This document shows positions 63,807 to 64,000 of a DNA stretch of 64,000 nucleotides, one piece after another (positions within the stretch are counted from its first letter, which is position 1; every line of letters begins with the position of its first letter). The translations under genes and the position numbers were made by a program. This stretch comes from Deferribacterales bacterium. GTDB lineage: Bacteria > Chrysiogenota > Deferribacteres > Deferribacterales > Geovibrionaceae. The notes beneath the pieces were generated by a model. That model saw only the letters and a list, made by a program, of their open reading frames with translations, did not search any database and was not told the origin of the DNA. The stretch spans positions 96,001-160,000 of the forward strand of contig JBFWJS010000006.1 in assembly GCA_050253075.1 (NCBI GenBank), in the 5' to 3' direction.

Positions 63807-63840
63807 GTCATCATGAGGAGTGATAACGACGTGATGATCT
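63807..63840 (+). repeat. Single GTCA-tagged palindrome (family 1 variant D)
   Basis: GTC-ATCAT-GAGGAGTGATAACGACGTG-ATGAT-CT; core like type A, stem compensatorily changed. Confidence 0.8.
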
Positions 63841-63856
63841 CAGACTAGGCACACTT

Positions 63857-64000
63857 ATGAGAAACGGTTATGTTTACATAATAACTAATTCAAACAACTC
63901 AACTCTTTACGTTGGTGTAACTTCTAATATCAAAAAGAGAATATACGAGCACAAACAGAAATTTATTGACGGTTTCTCTAAAAAATATAACCTTACAAAG
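63857..64000 (+). CDS. Small GIY-YIG nuclease (UPF0213-like), truncated by window end
   Basis: Own translation: MRNGYVYIITNSNNSTLYVGVTSNIKKRIYEHKQKFIDGFSKKYNLTK; YVY..LYVG.T..R..EH motif. Not in ORF track. Confidence 0.9.
   Translation, partial: MRNGYVYIITNSNNSTLYVGVTSNIKKRIYEHKQKFIDGFSKKYNLTK

Overview
Chromosomal segment of an anaerobic, LPS-producing bacterium (Deferribacterota-like, inferred from gene content and protein style). 1-21 kb is a long minus-strand housekeeping run: dinG-like helicase-pgi-tilS-hpt-ftsH, folP-cdaA-cdaR-glmM-pdxJ-acpS-kdsB-pyrG-kdsC-lptCAB-rpoN-hpf-ptsN-hprK-rapZ-PTS IIA. 21-44 kb is a mixed accessory region: degP, MCP, yefM-yoeB, hcp, two flavodoxins, a Ktr/Trk operon, HD-GYP, GGDEF and EAL proteins, a CoA transferase, an AhbD-like radical SAM, an RRM protein and a LuxR solo. 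44-64 kb holds feoAB, trxA, mreBCD-mrdA-rodA, lysS, serA and hemE-hemH. No tRNA, rRNA, CRISPR or transposase gene was seen. The most striking non-coding structure is a family of GTCA-tagged palindromes whose stems covary while the flanks stay fixed. It forms a 23-element, ~120-126 bp-period array at 58.56-59.5 kb and a dimer inserted into a split terminator at 27 kb. A further copy sits directly in front of a small GIY-YIG nuclease gene that is cut by the window end and absent from the ORF track, suggesting a nuclease-associated repeat system. A second, unrelated three-hairpin repeat family (loops resemble CsrA/RsmA sites) and a lux-box/structured-RNA/LuxR-solo locus are also flagged.
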